Position numbers and translations under genes: made by a program
Notes under the pieces: model-generated
Seen by the model: only the letters and a program-made list of their open reading frames with translations
Told to the model about the DNA's origin: nothing
The model's database searches: none
From: Acidobacteriota bacterium
GTDB lineage: Bacteria > Acidobacteriota > Thermoanaerobaculia > Multivoradales > UBA5704
Length of the DNA: 13,772 nt
Assembly (NCBI GenBank): GCA_040005235.1
Contig: JBDTZG010000101.1
Location: forward strand, 1-13,772
Direction of reading: 5' to 3'
In this document: positions 6,053 to 13,772 of the stretch, piece by piece
How positions within the stretch are numbered: position 1 is the first letter of the stretch
How the letters are laid out: every line of letters begins with the position of its first letter

Positions 6053-9000
6053 ATGGCCGTGAATCGAACCGGAATGTCGTGGATGGTCCTCGTCCTTGCC
6101 CTGCTCGGCTGGCAGGTCGGGGGCTCATTGGGAGGAGGTGCGGCAAAGCCGACGCCGGTCGCCGAAACCGTCAAGGAGTCCGCGTCCTCCGTGCCCGCCG
6201 TGAAGGCCGGCGAGCGGCCCACCTGGAGACAGCTCGACGATTTGGTGGCGGATTATTTCGGCACCCCGAAAGCCCCGGCGGTACCTAAGGACTCCAAAGA
6301 CACCAAGGACACCGAGGCTCCGAAGGAAATTCCGCCGCGCGACCTGGTTCAGCTGGCCCACGACGCCGGGTACGTGACGCCGGAGGTCTACATCGCCCTC
6401 GTCGCCGACCCGATCGATTCGTTTCTACCCGCCCGTTTCGACCAGGCGCTCGCGGGGATTCAGGAGGGGTTCGCCGAGGCCGGATTCCTGCTCGACCGAA
6501 TCGACCTGCCTTGGGCCGTCCAACCCGCCGCGGCGAAAGAGGGCGAAGGGAAGGCCGAGCCGGCCTATCGGACGCGCCCGGGCATTTTAATCTTCCGCCA
6601 TCCCGACAAGGTGGGCCAAGGCCGCCTCGCGATCGTCTTCCTGGTCGGCGAGACGGCCAAGGGAGGGGTTCACAAGACCGCCTTCCGGCTCGCTCTCGAC
6701 ACGGCGCAAAACTTCACAGAGTCGCGCCGGCTCCGGTCCGGGAAATTCGTCGAGCGGATCCGCATCCTCGGTCCGACGTTTTCAGGTTCCCGCGAATCCC
6801 TGCGGTTGGCGTTCGCCGCCTGGAAGCCGAAGATTGGCGCAGGCCACCAGAGTCCCGAGATCTGGTTGGTGAGCGGTTCGGCGACGTCCCCCTGGCTCGA
6901 CCTCTGCGCCTTCGATTGCGGGCGGGGCATCCGCTTCTTCCGCACCGTGATGGATGACGAGCAACTACTTCTAGCGGGAGAGACCTTCCTCACCGAAAAG
7001 CTCGGTTGGAGCCTCGACCGCATGGCCCTGTTGACCGAGGCCGATACAGCGTACGGCCAGAGCGCCAACGCGCTCGCCGGAAAGCCCGGCCAGGATGCCG
7101 AATCCTTCGTGCTCAAATTTCCGAGCGGCCTGTCCGGATTGCGCAAGGCGTCGGAGGATGCCGCGCGGGGAACGACCAAGAGCAAGGACCAACCGCAGCT
7201 AGGTCCTTCGACGCTCGCGATCAGCCTCGCCGATCAGAGCCGGCCGATCGACGTGGTGCCCGAGTTCTCGAACCTGACCACGCCGACCAAGGATCTCGCC
7301 CTGTCGAACCTGCTTGCGGTCCTGTGCGGCGAAGGTAAGAAGAGCTATCTCGGAATCGTCGCCACCGACTCGCGCGATCAGATCTTTCTCGCCGAACGGG
7401 TCCAGGAGATCTGCCCCGACCTCCAGCTCTTCTTTCTCGACAGCGACCTTCTTCTCGCCCACCCGCAAAACCGCGCGGCGCTGGACGGCGCGATCATCCT
7501 TTCGTCTTCGGCGCTGTTTACCCGTGGCCTTTCGTGGCTGGAGGCCACCTCCTCGGAGAGCTCGAAAAATCCAGGGCTCGGCGTTCGTCAGTTCCAGAGC
7601 GACCTGCACGAGGGGGTGGTCCACGCGGTCGAAGCGCTCGAAGCCGACGCGGAACAGCCCGCGGTGAACGGGCCGGCTCGGCTCGAAGCGCCGCATGCCT
7701 GGGTCTCCGCGATCGGCAATGGCTCGATCTGGCCGATCGCCCAGCTCCAGTGGCTCCCCTGGTCGAGGCCATCGAAGCCGGAGCCGCCTTTCGACCTGAA
7801 ATCGACGTTTCAGACCGAGGCTACGTTCAGCAAGTCGAGCGCCAAGGCGAACGCCCTCACCCTCACCTGTCTGCTGTTCATCGCGGCGCTGTCGATCTGG
7901 CTCGTGCGGGTCGCCCGGCCGCTGCGCGAGATCGCCGACCTGCCCAAGGACCTGCGCGACAGATTCCCGTTCCTGCTCGCTCTCGCCGCGATTCTGATCG
8001 CCTGGGGTGTGCTCGAAGTGGTCGGCGGCCTACCGTTGTGGGGGTTCGGCCGGAGCTGGGAGGAGCAGGAGGTGATGGCCTGGAGCGCATTATTGGGCGG
8101 ATCTCTGTTTACCCTGGTCGGCCTCACCGCGTTTTTCGAGCGCGACCGGCTGCCGCCCCGGTTTTCGCAGCTGCCCAAGCTCGGCTTTTCGCTTCGCTGG
8201 ATCGCGATCGTGTGCATGGTGGTCGCCGCGGGCGGCCTGCTCGCCTATCCGTTGCTCCATGCCTGGATGCCGGGGGGGATCGAGCTGTTCCATTTCCGCG
8301 CCCGCAAGTTCAGCGGCGGGATGTCGCCGATCGTGGCGCTCTCCTGGATCGGCGGCGGCAACTTCCTCTGGTCGATTCTGGAGATGAAGCGCCGGGCGCT
8401 GGTCGCTTTTCAGGGCGCGAAGTTCCCCCTTCCGGAGCTTCCCGGCGAGGACCCGGTTCTCCCGGGCTGCCGCCGGATCGCGAAGTCGCTCGAACAGCGC
8501 ATGCTGCACACCTTTCCCACCTGGCGCTTCTGGGTGGTGTGCGGGCCGCCCCTGGGGCTCACGGCGATCTACCTCTACCAATTCGTCCAGCCGGTCGCCG
8601 AGGCGCGTGCTTATGGCCAGGTGTTCGCCGGGCTCGCGATCGGGCTGTTCACCTTGGCGTTGGTCTCGTTCCATCGCTTCCTGCGGCTCTGGGCGGAGCT
8701 GTCGGGACTGCTCGACCGGCTGGAAACGCTCGACCTCGCCCCGGCGCTGCGGAAGCTCCATCCGGAGGTCGATTGGCGGCCGATGAAGGCGTTCGCCTGG
8801 CTGATCCCGCCGTTCAAGATGACCGAGCTGTCGATCGCCAAGCTGGTGGCCGTCGGCGGCTCGGCCGAGCCGGCGGAGCTGCGCCGTGGGCTCGGCCTGG
8901 CACTTGAAGGTCATCGCCTTGGCGACCCCCGGATCGAGGCGGCCGGCCGCAACGCCCTTCAAGCACATTTCGATGCCGCGCTCGCAGAGGCCGAAGATTG

Positions 9001-9433
9001 GCTCTCGCCCGGACCGCTCCAGGATTTCGTCGCGGTGCGGTTGATCGCCTACGTGCGCACGGTCTTCGCCCACCTGCGCAACAGCCTGCTCAGCACCCTG
9101 GTGCCCGGCTTCCTGCTGCTGCTGGCGATCACCACGTACGAGATCCAGCCGAAGCGGGTGCTGTTCCTGTCGATCTGGAGCGCTCTGGCCGCCGCGGTGC
9201 TGACGACGATCTGGGTTTTCGTCCACATGGACCGCAATCCGACCCTGTCGGCGATCGGCGGCACGTCGGCGGGCGAGGCGGATCTCTTCGATCGCAGCTT
9301 CGTCCAGAGCGTGCTCACCTACGGAGTCCTGCCGCTGCTCGGCCTGGTGGCCACCCGATTCCCGCAGCTCGGGCGGCTGTTCCAAAGCTACCTGAACCCC
9401 TTGATGCGCTTCGTCGGCGGGGGCGGCGGGTAG
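6053..9433 (+). CDS. Large uncharacterised membrane protein: signal peptide, type I periplasmic-binding (Venus flytrap-like) ectodomain, about 10 TM helices
   Basis: 1126-codon ORF with an N-terminal hydrophobic stretch WMVLVLALLGW, ectodomain motifs ILGPTFSGS, VSGSATSP, FFRTV, LGW and YGQS, and about 10 hydrophobic segments from about 7856 onward. Start uncertain: GTG 6059 is better spaced from GGGAG (6048-6052), and ATG 6074 is also possible. Confidence 0.85.
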   Translation: MAVNRTGMSWMVLVLALLGWQVGGSLGGGAAKPTPVAETVKESASSVPAVKAGERPTWRQLDDLVADYFGTPKAPAVPKDSKDTKDTEAPKEIPPRDLVQLAHDAGYVTPEVYIALVADPIDSFLPARFDQALAGIQEGFAEAGFLLDRIDLPWAVQPAAAKEGEGKAEPAYRTRPGILIFRHPDKVGQGRLAIVFLVGETAKGGVHKTAFRLALDTAQNFTESRRLRSGKFVERIRILGPTFSGSRESLRLAFAAWKPKIGAGHQSPEIWLVSGSATSPWLDLCAFDCGRGIRFFRTVMDDEQLLLAGETFLTEKLGWSLDRMALLTEADTAYGQSANALAGKPGQDAESFVLKFPSGLSGLRKASEDAARGTTKSKDQPQLGPSTLAISLADQSRPIDVVPEFSNLTTPTKDLALSNLLAVLCGEGKKSYLGIVATDSRDQIFLAERVQEICPDLQLFFLDSDLLLAHPQNRAALDGAIILSSSALFTRGLSWLEATSSESSKNPGLGVRQFQSDLHEGVVHAVEALEADAEQPAVNGPARLEAPHAWVSAIGNGSIWPIAQLQWLPWSRPSKPEPPFDLKSTFQTEATFSKSSAKANALTLTCLLFIAALSIWLVRVARPLREIADLPKDLRDRFPFLLALAAILIAWGVLEVVGGLPLWGFGRSWEEQEVMAWSALLGGSLFTLVGLTAFFERDRLPPRFSQLPKLGFSLRWIAIVCMVVAAGGLLAYPLLHAWMPGGIELFHFRARKFSGGMSPIVALSWIGGGNFLWSILEMKRRALVAFQGAKFPLPELPGEDPVLPGCRRIAKSLEQRMLHTFPTWRFWVVCGPPLGLTAIYLYQFVQPVAEARAYGQVFAGLAIGLFTLALVSFHRFLRLWAELSGLLDRLETLDLAPALRKLHPEVDWRPMKAFAWLIPPFKMTELSIAKLVAVGGSAEPAELRRGLGLALEGHRLGDPRIEAAGRNALQAHFDAALAEAEDWLSPGPLQDFVAVRLIAYVRTVFAHLRNSLLSTLVPGFLLLLAITTYEIQPKRVLFLSIWSALAAAVLTTIWVFVHMDRNPTLSAIGGTSAGEADLFDRSFVQSVLTYGVLPLLGLVATRFPQLGRLFQSYLNPLMRFVGGGGG

Positions 9434-9451
9434 CGAGAGGACCGTTGTTGC

Positions 9452-11482
9452 CTATTGCAGCTGGGCGTTGACCGTGCCCGAAGCGGGCAGGTCGATGATC
9501 AAGCGGCGGGTGGCCCCGGCGGGAAAGTTCGCCTGAAGGGTCTTTACCTGCGCCGGTCGGCCCGCGGGCGTCACGTAGACCCGAAGCTGGCCCGTCGTAC
9601 CGGCGGCCACGGAGATCGGGCGCTGGAAGCTGCCACCGGTCGCGCGGGAACGCAGGAATCCGCCGGTCTTGTAGCGAAACGACTCGCGCAGGAGCGTGCG
9701 GCTGTCGAGGTAGACGATCACCACCCCTTCGGCCATCTCGGTGGTGAACGACACCACGAGCACCGCGTCGCCGGTCGCCGCTTCCGCCACGGGCGCGGTT
9801 TCGGCCTTCGCCACCTCGACCGGCGTTAAGTCCGCACCGGTTTCGCCCTCGACCGGCCGATGGGTGCCCAGAGGACGGCCGAGCCGCCCGCCCGGCGGCA
9901 CGGCCAGGGTTTTGGCCTGCTCGACGGCGGCGAGGACGTCGTTGGCCGCCTGGTTGTTCGGCTGGCGCGTCAGCACGCCAATGGCCGCGATCGCCGCCTC
10001 GGGGTAGCGCTTTTCCGCCAGCGCCGCCTGCGCCGCTTCGAGACCGGCTTGAACCTCCGCCGAGCGGCCGGCGGCCCCGGCGAAGGTCGCCGCCTGTTCG
10101 TTCGCCCGCTTGCCCAGGTCGCGCAGGCCGACGTGGTCCGGGGCCAGCTGAACGGCCCGCGCGAGCGCCACCGCCGCGCCCGCCGCGTCGCCTGAGGCGA
10201 GCCGCTGGAGCCCTTCCTGGCGCAGGCGGATCACCTCGCCCTGCACCGATTGAACCTCCGGCGCGAGCGAACGGGAGAGCGGCGTGCCGACCCAGGAGAG
10301 GGTGAGCAGGAACGCCGCTGCGGCCACCCCGACGACCGCGACGGTCCCGGCGGCCAGGGCGAACCAATGCCCGATCCCCGCGCCGGTCCGCCGCGCGGCC
10401 GGCGGGCTCGGAGGGCTCGTCACTCCGGTCGCCTGCAACGGAAACTCGACGGTCGCGGGCGGCGTAAAGATCGTCTCGTGAAGCGACTCATCCGAAGAAT
10501 CGCCCGACCCGTCGCCGCGAGGCATGAACAGCGCTTCGGTGACCGGCAGAGGCGGCGCGGGGGGCAGGTCGGGCACCAGCATCGCCGGGGGGAAGGCGTC
10601 GACGCTCTGGGTCTCGTTCAGGTCCCGGTGCGCCGACTGGTTGCGTCCGGCGACCGCGGCCGACAGGTCGCGCGCCAGGTCGCTCGCGGTCGAATAGCGG
10701 TCGGCGGGGCTCTTCTCCAGCGCCTTGGTGAGCACCGCGCGCAGGGCCGGCGGCAGGTCGCGCACGAACTTTTCCGGCGGGGTGAACGGCTCGTAGACGA
10801 TCCGGTGCGAGACCTGGGTGAGGTTTTCGCCCGCGAACGGCTTGTGGCCGGTGAGCATCTCGTAGAGCACCACGCCGAGCGAGAACAGGTCGGCGCGATG
10901 GTCGACGTCCTTGCCCATCACCTGCTCGGGCGCCATGTAGTTCGGGGTGCCGAGCATCTGACCTTCCTGGGTCAGATTCGAGCTGTCGAGCCGGGCGATG
11001 CCGAAATCGGTCAGTTTCACCTTGCCGTCGCCGGTCAGGATCACGTTCGCCGGCTTGACGTCGCGGTGGATCACCCCATGGGCGTGGGCGTAATCGAGCG
11101 CCGCGGAAATCTGCGCGATTACGTCGGCGACGAACGCCAGCTCCAAAGGCGCGTCGCCCTGGAGCAGCATTTTGAGGTTGGAGCCGCGGACGTACTCCAT
11201 GGCGATGAAGGCGAGCCCCTCTTCGCTCCGCTCGACCACGTCGTGGACGGTGACGATCCCGGGGTGCGACAGGATGCCGGCGCTCTGCGCCTCGCGGATG
11301 AAGCGGGCGCGGAACTGCTCGATGTCGCGGTCGCCGACCGAGAAACCGAGCCGGAACGTCTTCAACGCCACCAGCCGGCCGATCAACGGATCGCGCGCCA
11401 GGTAGACGATGCCCATGGCGCCCTTGCCGAGTTCCTCGCGGATCTCGTAGCGCCCGAGCTTTTGAGGAATAGATGGGGGCAT
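9452..11482 (-). CDS. Hanks-type transmembrane Ser/Thr protein kinase with TPR-like helices and a C-terminal beta domain (676 aa)
   Basis: Kinase motifs LGKGAMGIVY, VALK, RFIREA, HRDVKPAN, DFGIAR, GTPNYMAPE and DLFSLG. Pro-rich linker, then a TM helix at about 10366-10292. Start placed at ATG 11482 (MPPSIPQKLGRYEI) because the promoter-like element at 11517-11525 lies inside the longer ORF call. Confidence 0.95.
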   Translation of the reverse strand: MPPSIPQKLGRYEIREELGKGAMGIVYLARDPLIGRLVALKTFRLGFSVGDRDIEQFRARFIREAQSAGILSHPGIVTVHDVVERSEEGLAFIAMEYVRGSNLKMLLQGDAPLELAFVADVIAQISAALDYAHAHGVIHRDVKPANVILTGDGKVKLTDFGIARLDSSNLTQEGQMLGTPNYMAPEQVMGKDVDHRADLFSLGVVLYEMLTGHKPFAGENLTQVSHRIVYEPFTPPEKFVRDLPPALRAVLTKALEKSPADRYSTASDLARDLSAAVAGRNQSAHRDLNETQSVDAFPPAMLVPDLPPAPPLPVTEALFMPRGDGSGDSSDESLHETIFTPPATVEFPLQATGVTSPPSPPAARRTGAGIGHWFALAAGTVAVVGVAAAAFLLTLSWVGTPLSRSLAPEVQSVQGEVIRLRQEGLQRLASGDAAGAAVALARAVQLAPDHVGLRDLGKRANEQAATFAGAAGRSAEVQAGLEAAQAALAEKRYPEAAIAAIGVLTRQPNNQAANDVLAAVEQAKTLAVPPGGRLGRPLGTHRPVEGETGADLTPVEVAKAETAPVAEAATGDAVLVVSFTTEMAEGVVIVYLDSRTLLRESFRYKTGGFLRSRATGGSFQRPISVAAGTTGQLRVYVTPAGRPAQVKTLQANFPAGATRRLIIDLPASGTVNAQLQ

Positions 11483-11516
11483 GCGCTCGGTCTCGCCTCG
11501 TCTTTGAGAAACAGGG

Positions 11517-11525
11517 ATTGTAGCA
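11517..11525 (-). promoter_or_regulatory. Extended -10 promoter element for the kinase gene
   Basis: The minus strand reads TG-C-TACAAT, ending 34 nt before ATG 11482. Confidence 0.6.
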
Positions 11526-11550
11526 GCATCCGGGGTCCGCGCCGGATGCT
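11525..11550. promoter_or_regulatory. Perfect 9-bp inverted repeat (operator-like)
   Basis: AGCATCCGG-N8-CCGGATGCT, abutting the kinase extended -10 element. Confidence 0.45.
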
Positions 11551-11634
11551 CGTGCCGAACCAAGGAAGCGCCCCGCCAAACCGCGCCTAAACCTCTCCGA
11601 ACAGGCGATTTAACCCGAGTCTTCGGAACCTCTG

Positions 11635-11643
11635 TGCTATCAT
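11635..11643 (+). promoter_or_regulatory. Extended -10 promoter element for the EF-G paralogue
   Basis: TG-C-TATCAT upstream of a strong RBS AAGGAGG (11717-11723) and ATG 11731. Confidence 0.55.
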
Positions 11644-11730
11644 TCCCACCTCGATTTCAGCCGCGAATGCACCAGCCATCCGATCCGCGCTTCGCACCGC
11701 GATTCATCTGATTGCCAAGGAGGCACCGGG

Positions 11731-13772
11731 ATGCAGGTCGACAGCTCCGACAAGATTCGCAACCTCGCGTTGGCGGGTCACAACGACACCGGAAAGACCA
11801 CCCTGGCGAGCGCGCTCGCCTTCACCGGGGGGATCACCACCCGCTTGAACCGCGTCGAGGACGGCAACACTTTCACCGACTTCGACAAGGAAGAGATCGA
11901 GCGCGGCATTTCGATCGGAATCGCGACCTCCTTCGTCCCGTGGCGCGGCCACAAAATCAACCTCATCGACTGCCCCGGTTACGGCATTTTCTTTACCGAG
12001 ACCCGCGCCGCCCTGTGCGCTTGCGACGCCGTTCTGCTGTGCGTAAACGGCGTCGCCGGGGTCGAGGTCAATACCGAAAAAGTCTGGCAGGCCGCGGCGG
12101 AGGCCGAGCTGCCGGTCGCGATCCATCTCGCCAAAATGGACCGCGAGCGCGCGGATCTCGACCGCTCGCTCGCCAGCCTGCAAAAGGCGTTCGGCCGCGC
12201 GGTCCTGCCCATCCAGTTGCCGATCGGCAAAGAGGCGGGCTTTTCCGGCGTGATCGACCTGGTGCGGATGAAGGCCTACCGCTACGCCAAAGACGGCAAC
12301 GGCAAAGCCGACGCGAGCGAGATTCCGGCCGAGCAGCTCGAAGAGGCGCAAGCCGCCCGCGCCATTCTGGTCGAAGCGGTCGCCGAAGCCGACGACGAGC
12401 TGATGATGGGCTATTTCGAGCAGGGCACACTCTCGCAGGAGAACCTGGAGCGGGGCATCAAAATGGCGATCGCCCACCGCCAGCTGTTTCCCCTCCTGCT
12501 CGGCGCCCCGGGTCACGGCATCGGCTCCTCCGCGCTGCTCGACGCGGTGGTCGACTTCTTCCCCTCCCCCGTCGGCCGCCACTTCTCGGCCTCCGGGGCC
12601 GAGGGGCACGGGGAGATCGAAAGCGACGCCGCCGCGCCGCTCGCAGCGCTGGTGTTCAAAACCCTCTCCGACCCATTCACCGGCAAGATCTCGATCCTGC
12701 GCGTCATGTCCGGCACGCTCCCGGCCGACGCCGCGGCGTGGAATTCGCGCGTCGGCGACACGGAGAAAGTGGGCCACCTGATGGTGCTCCAGGGCAAGCA
12801 GGGCACCCACGTGCCGCGCCTGATCGCGGGCGACATCGGCGGTGTCGCGAAACTCAAGAGCACGGCGACCGGCGACACGCTGCTCGCGCCTACGACCAAG
12901 GACAAGACGCTCAGCCTAGATTGGATCGCGGTCCCCGAGGCCGCGATGAGCTTCGCGATCGAGCCAAAATCCAAGGGCGACGACGAGAAGATCGGCGACG
13001 CGCTCCACCGCCTGATGGACGAGGACTTGACGCTGCGCTCCAGCCGCGATCCGGAGACCCACGAGATCCTGCTTTCGGGCACCGGCCAGCTGCACATCGA
13101 AATCGCGGTCGCGAAGCTCAAGAACCGCTATCACGTGGAAGTGAACCTCCACCCGCCGAAGGTCCCCTACCGCGAGACGATCACCAAGCCGGCCGACGGC
13201 CACGGCCGCCACAAAAAGCAGAGCGGCGGGCGCGGCCAGTTCGCCGACTGCAAGATCAAAATCGAACCGATGGGGCGCGGCGAGGATTTCGCGTTCGTCG
13301 ACGAGATCTTCGGCGGCGCGATCCCCCAGAACTACCGGCCCGCGGTGGAAAAAGGCATCCAGGAAGCTCGCCGCCGCGGCTACCTCGCGGGCTACCCGGT
13401 GGTCGATTTCCGCGTCCGCCTGCTCGACGGCCAGTACCACGACGTCGACTCCTCCGAGCTGGCGTTCAAGATCGCCGGCTCGCTGGGATTGAAGGACGCC
13501 TTGGCCAAAGCCGGCGTCACGCTCACCGAACCGATCATGAAGGTCGAGATCGATACCCCGGACGATTTCACCGGCGACGTCATGGGCGACCTGTCGCACC
13601 GCCGCGGCCGCCCTTCGGGGATGGAGACCACCTCGTCCGGCCAGATGATAAAGGCGCAGGTGCCGATGGCCGAAATGCTCAACTACGCCCCGGCGCTACG
13701 CTCGATGACCCAAGGGCGCGCGAGCTTCCACATGGAGTTCTCGCACTACGAAGAGGTCCCGCGCCTGGTGCA
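11731..13772 (+). CDS. fusA2: Elongation factor G paralogue (EF-G II / EF-G2-like), 3'-truncated by the window edge
   Basis: Absent from the ORF track because there is no stop in the window. Manual translation: MQVDSSDKIRNLALAGHNDTGKTT...EEIERGISI...INLIDCPGY...AKMDRE...LVFKTLSDPFTG...GTGQLHIEI...VPYRETI...HKKQSGGRGQF...YHDVDSSELAF...EPIMKVEI...GDVMGDLSHRRG...LRSMTQGRA...SHYEEVP. RBS AAGGAGG present. Not in an rpsL-rpsG context. Confidence 0.95.
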   Translation, partial: MQVDSSDKIRNLALAGHNDTGKTTLASALAFTGGITTRLNRVEDGNTFTDFDKEEIERGISIGIATSFVPWRGHKINLIDCPGYGIFFTETRAALCACDAVLLCVNGVAGVEVNTEKVWQAAAEAELPVAIHLAKMDRERADLDRSLASLQKAFGRAVLPIQLPIGKEAGFSGVIDLVRMKAYRYAKDGNGKADASEIPAEQLEEAQAARAILVEAVAEADDELMMGYFEQGTLSQENLERGIKMAIAHRQLFPLLLGAPGHGIGSSALLDAVVDFFPSPVGRHFSASGAEGHGEIESDAAAPLAALVFKTLSDPFTGKISILRVMSGTLPADAAAWNSRVGDTEKVGHLMVLQGKQGTHVPRLIAGDIGGVAKLKSTATGDTLLAPTTKDKTLSLDWIAVPEAAMSFAIEPKSKGDDEKIGDALHRLMDEDLTLRSSRDPETHEILLSGTGQLHIEIAVAKLKNRYHVEVNLHPPKVPYRETITKPADGHGRHKKQSGGRGQFADCKIKIEPMGRGEDFAFVDEIFGGAIPQNYRPAVEKGIQEARRRGYLAGYPVVDFRVRLLDGQYHDVDSSELAFKIAGSLGLKDALAKAGVTLTEPIMKVEIDTPDDFTGDVMGDLSHRRGRPSGMETTSSGQMIKAQVPMAEMLNYAPALRSMTQGRASFHMEFSHYEEVPRLV

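Noticed and set aside
6053-9433. Horizontal acquisition of the large membrane protein gene
   Set aside because: A few A/T-ending codons and the adjacent repeats are suggestive, but I cannot quantify codon bias by eye, and no integrase, tRNA or target duplication is visible.
11483-11563. Longer kinase start at 11563
   Set aside because: Would contain the extended -10 element. Kinase-like sequence begins right after ATG 11482.
672-11590. Many long overlapping ORFs (e.g. 875-2026, 2235-3470, 4622-5626, 7534-8907, 8090-9385, 10250-11590)
   Set aside because: Alternate-frame or antisense products expected from stop-codon scarcity at high GC. No recognisable motifs, and each lies almost wholly over a well-supported gene.
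11704-13682. Minus-strand ORFs of 368, 202, 227 aa and smaller
   Set aside because: Antisense shadows of the EF-G paralogue, which the ORF track missed because it runs off the window.

Overview
GC-rich bacterial chromosomal window with eight protein-coding genes. On the + strand: rfbB (5'-truncated), rfbC, a DUF4301-type protein, a TVP38/TMEM64 (DedA/VTT) membrane protein coupled to a MerA-like flavoprotein disulfide reductase, a REP-like palindrome cluster, and an uncharacterised 1126-aa membrane protein. These are followed by a convergent transmembrane Ser/Thr kinase (- strand) and a divergent EF-G paralogue (+ strand, 3'-truncated, missing from the ORF track). Best candidate for a novel system: the 1126-aa protein, which appears to join a signal peptide and a Venus-flytrap (ANF-receptor/LIVBP-type) ligand-binding domain to about 10 transmembrane helices, tail-to-tail with the kinase. 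Also notable: the DUF4301 protein carries the collinear motif set of eukaryote-type UDP-glucose pyrophosphorylases; the EF-G paralogue has degenerate GTPase motifs; and there is a structured leader at 3262-3434. All family calls come from motif recognition by eye; no searches were run.
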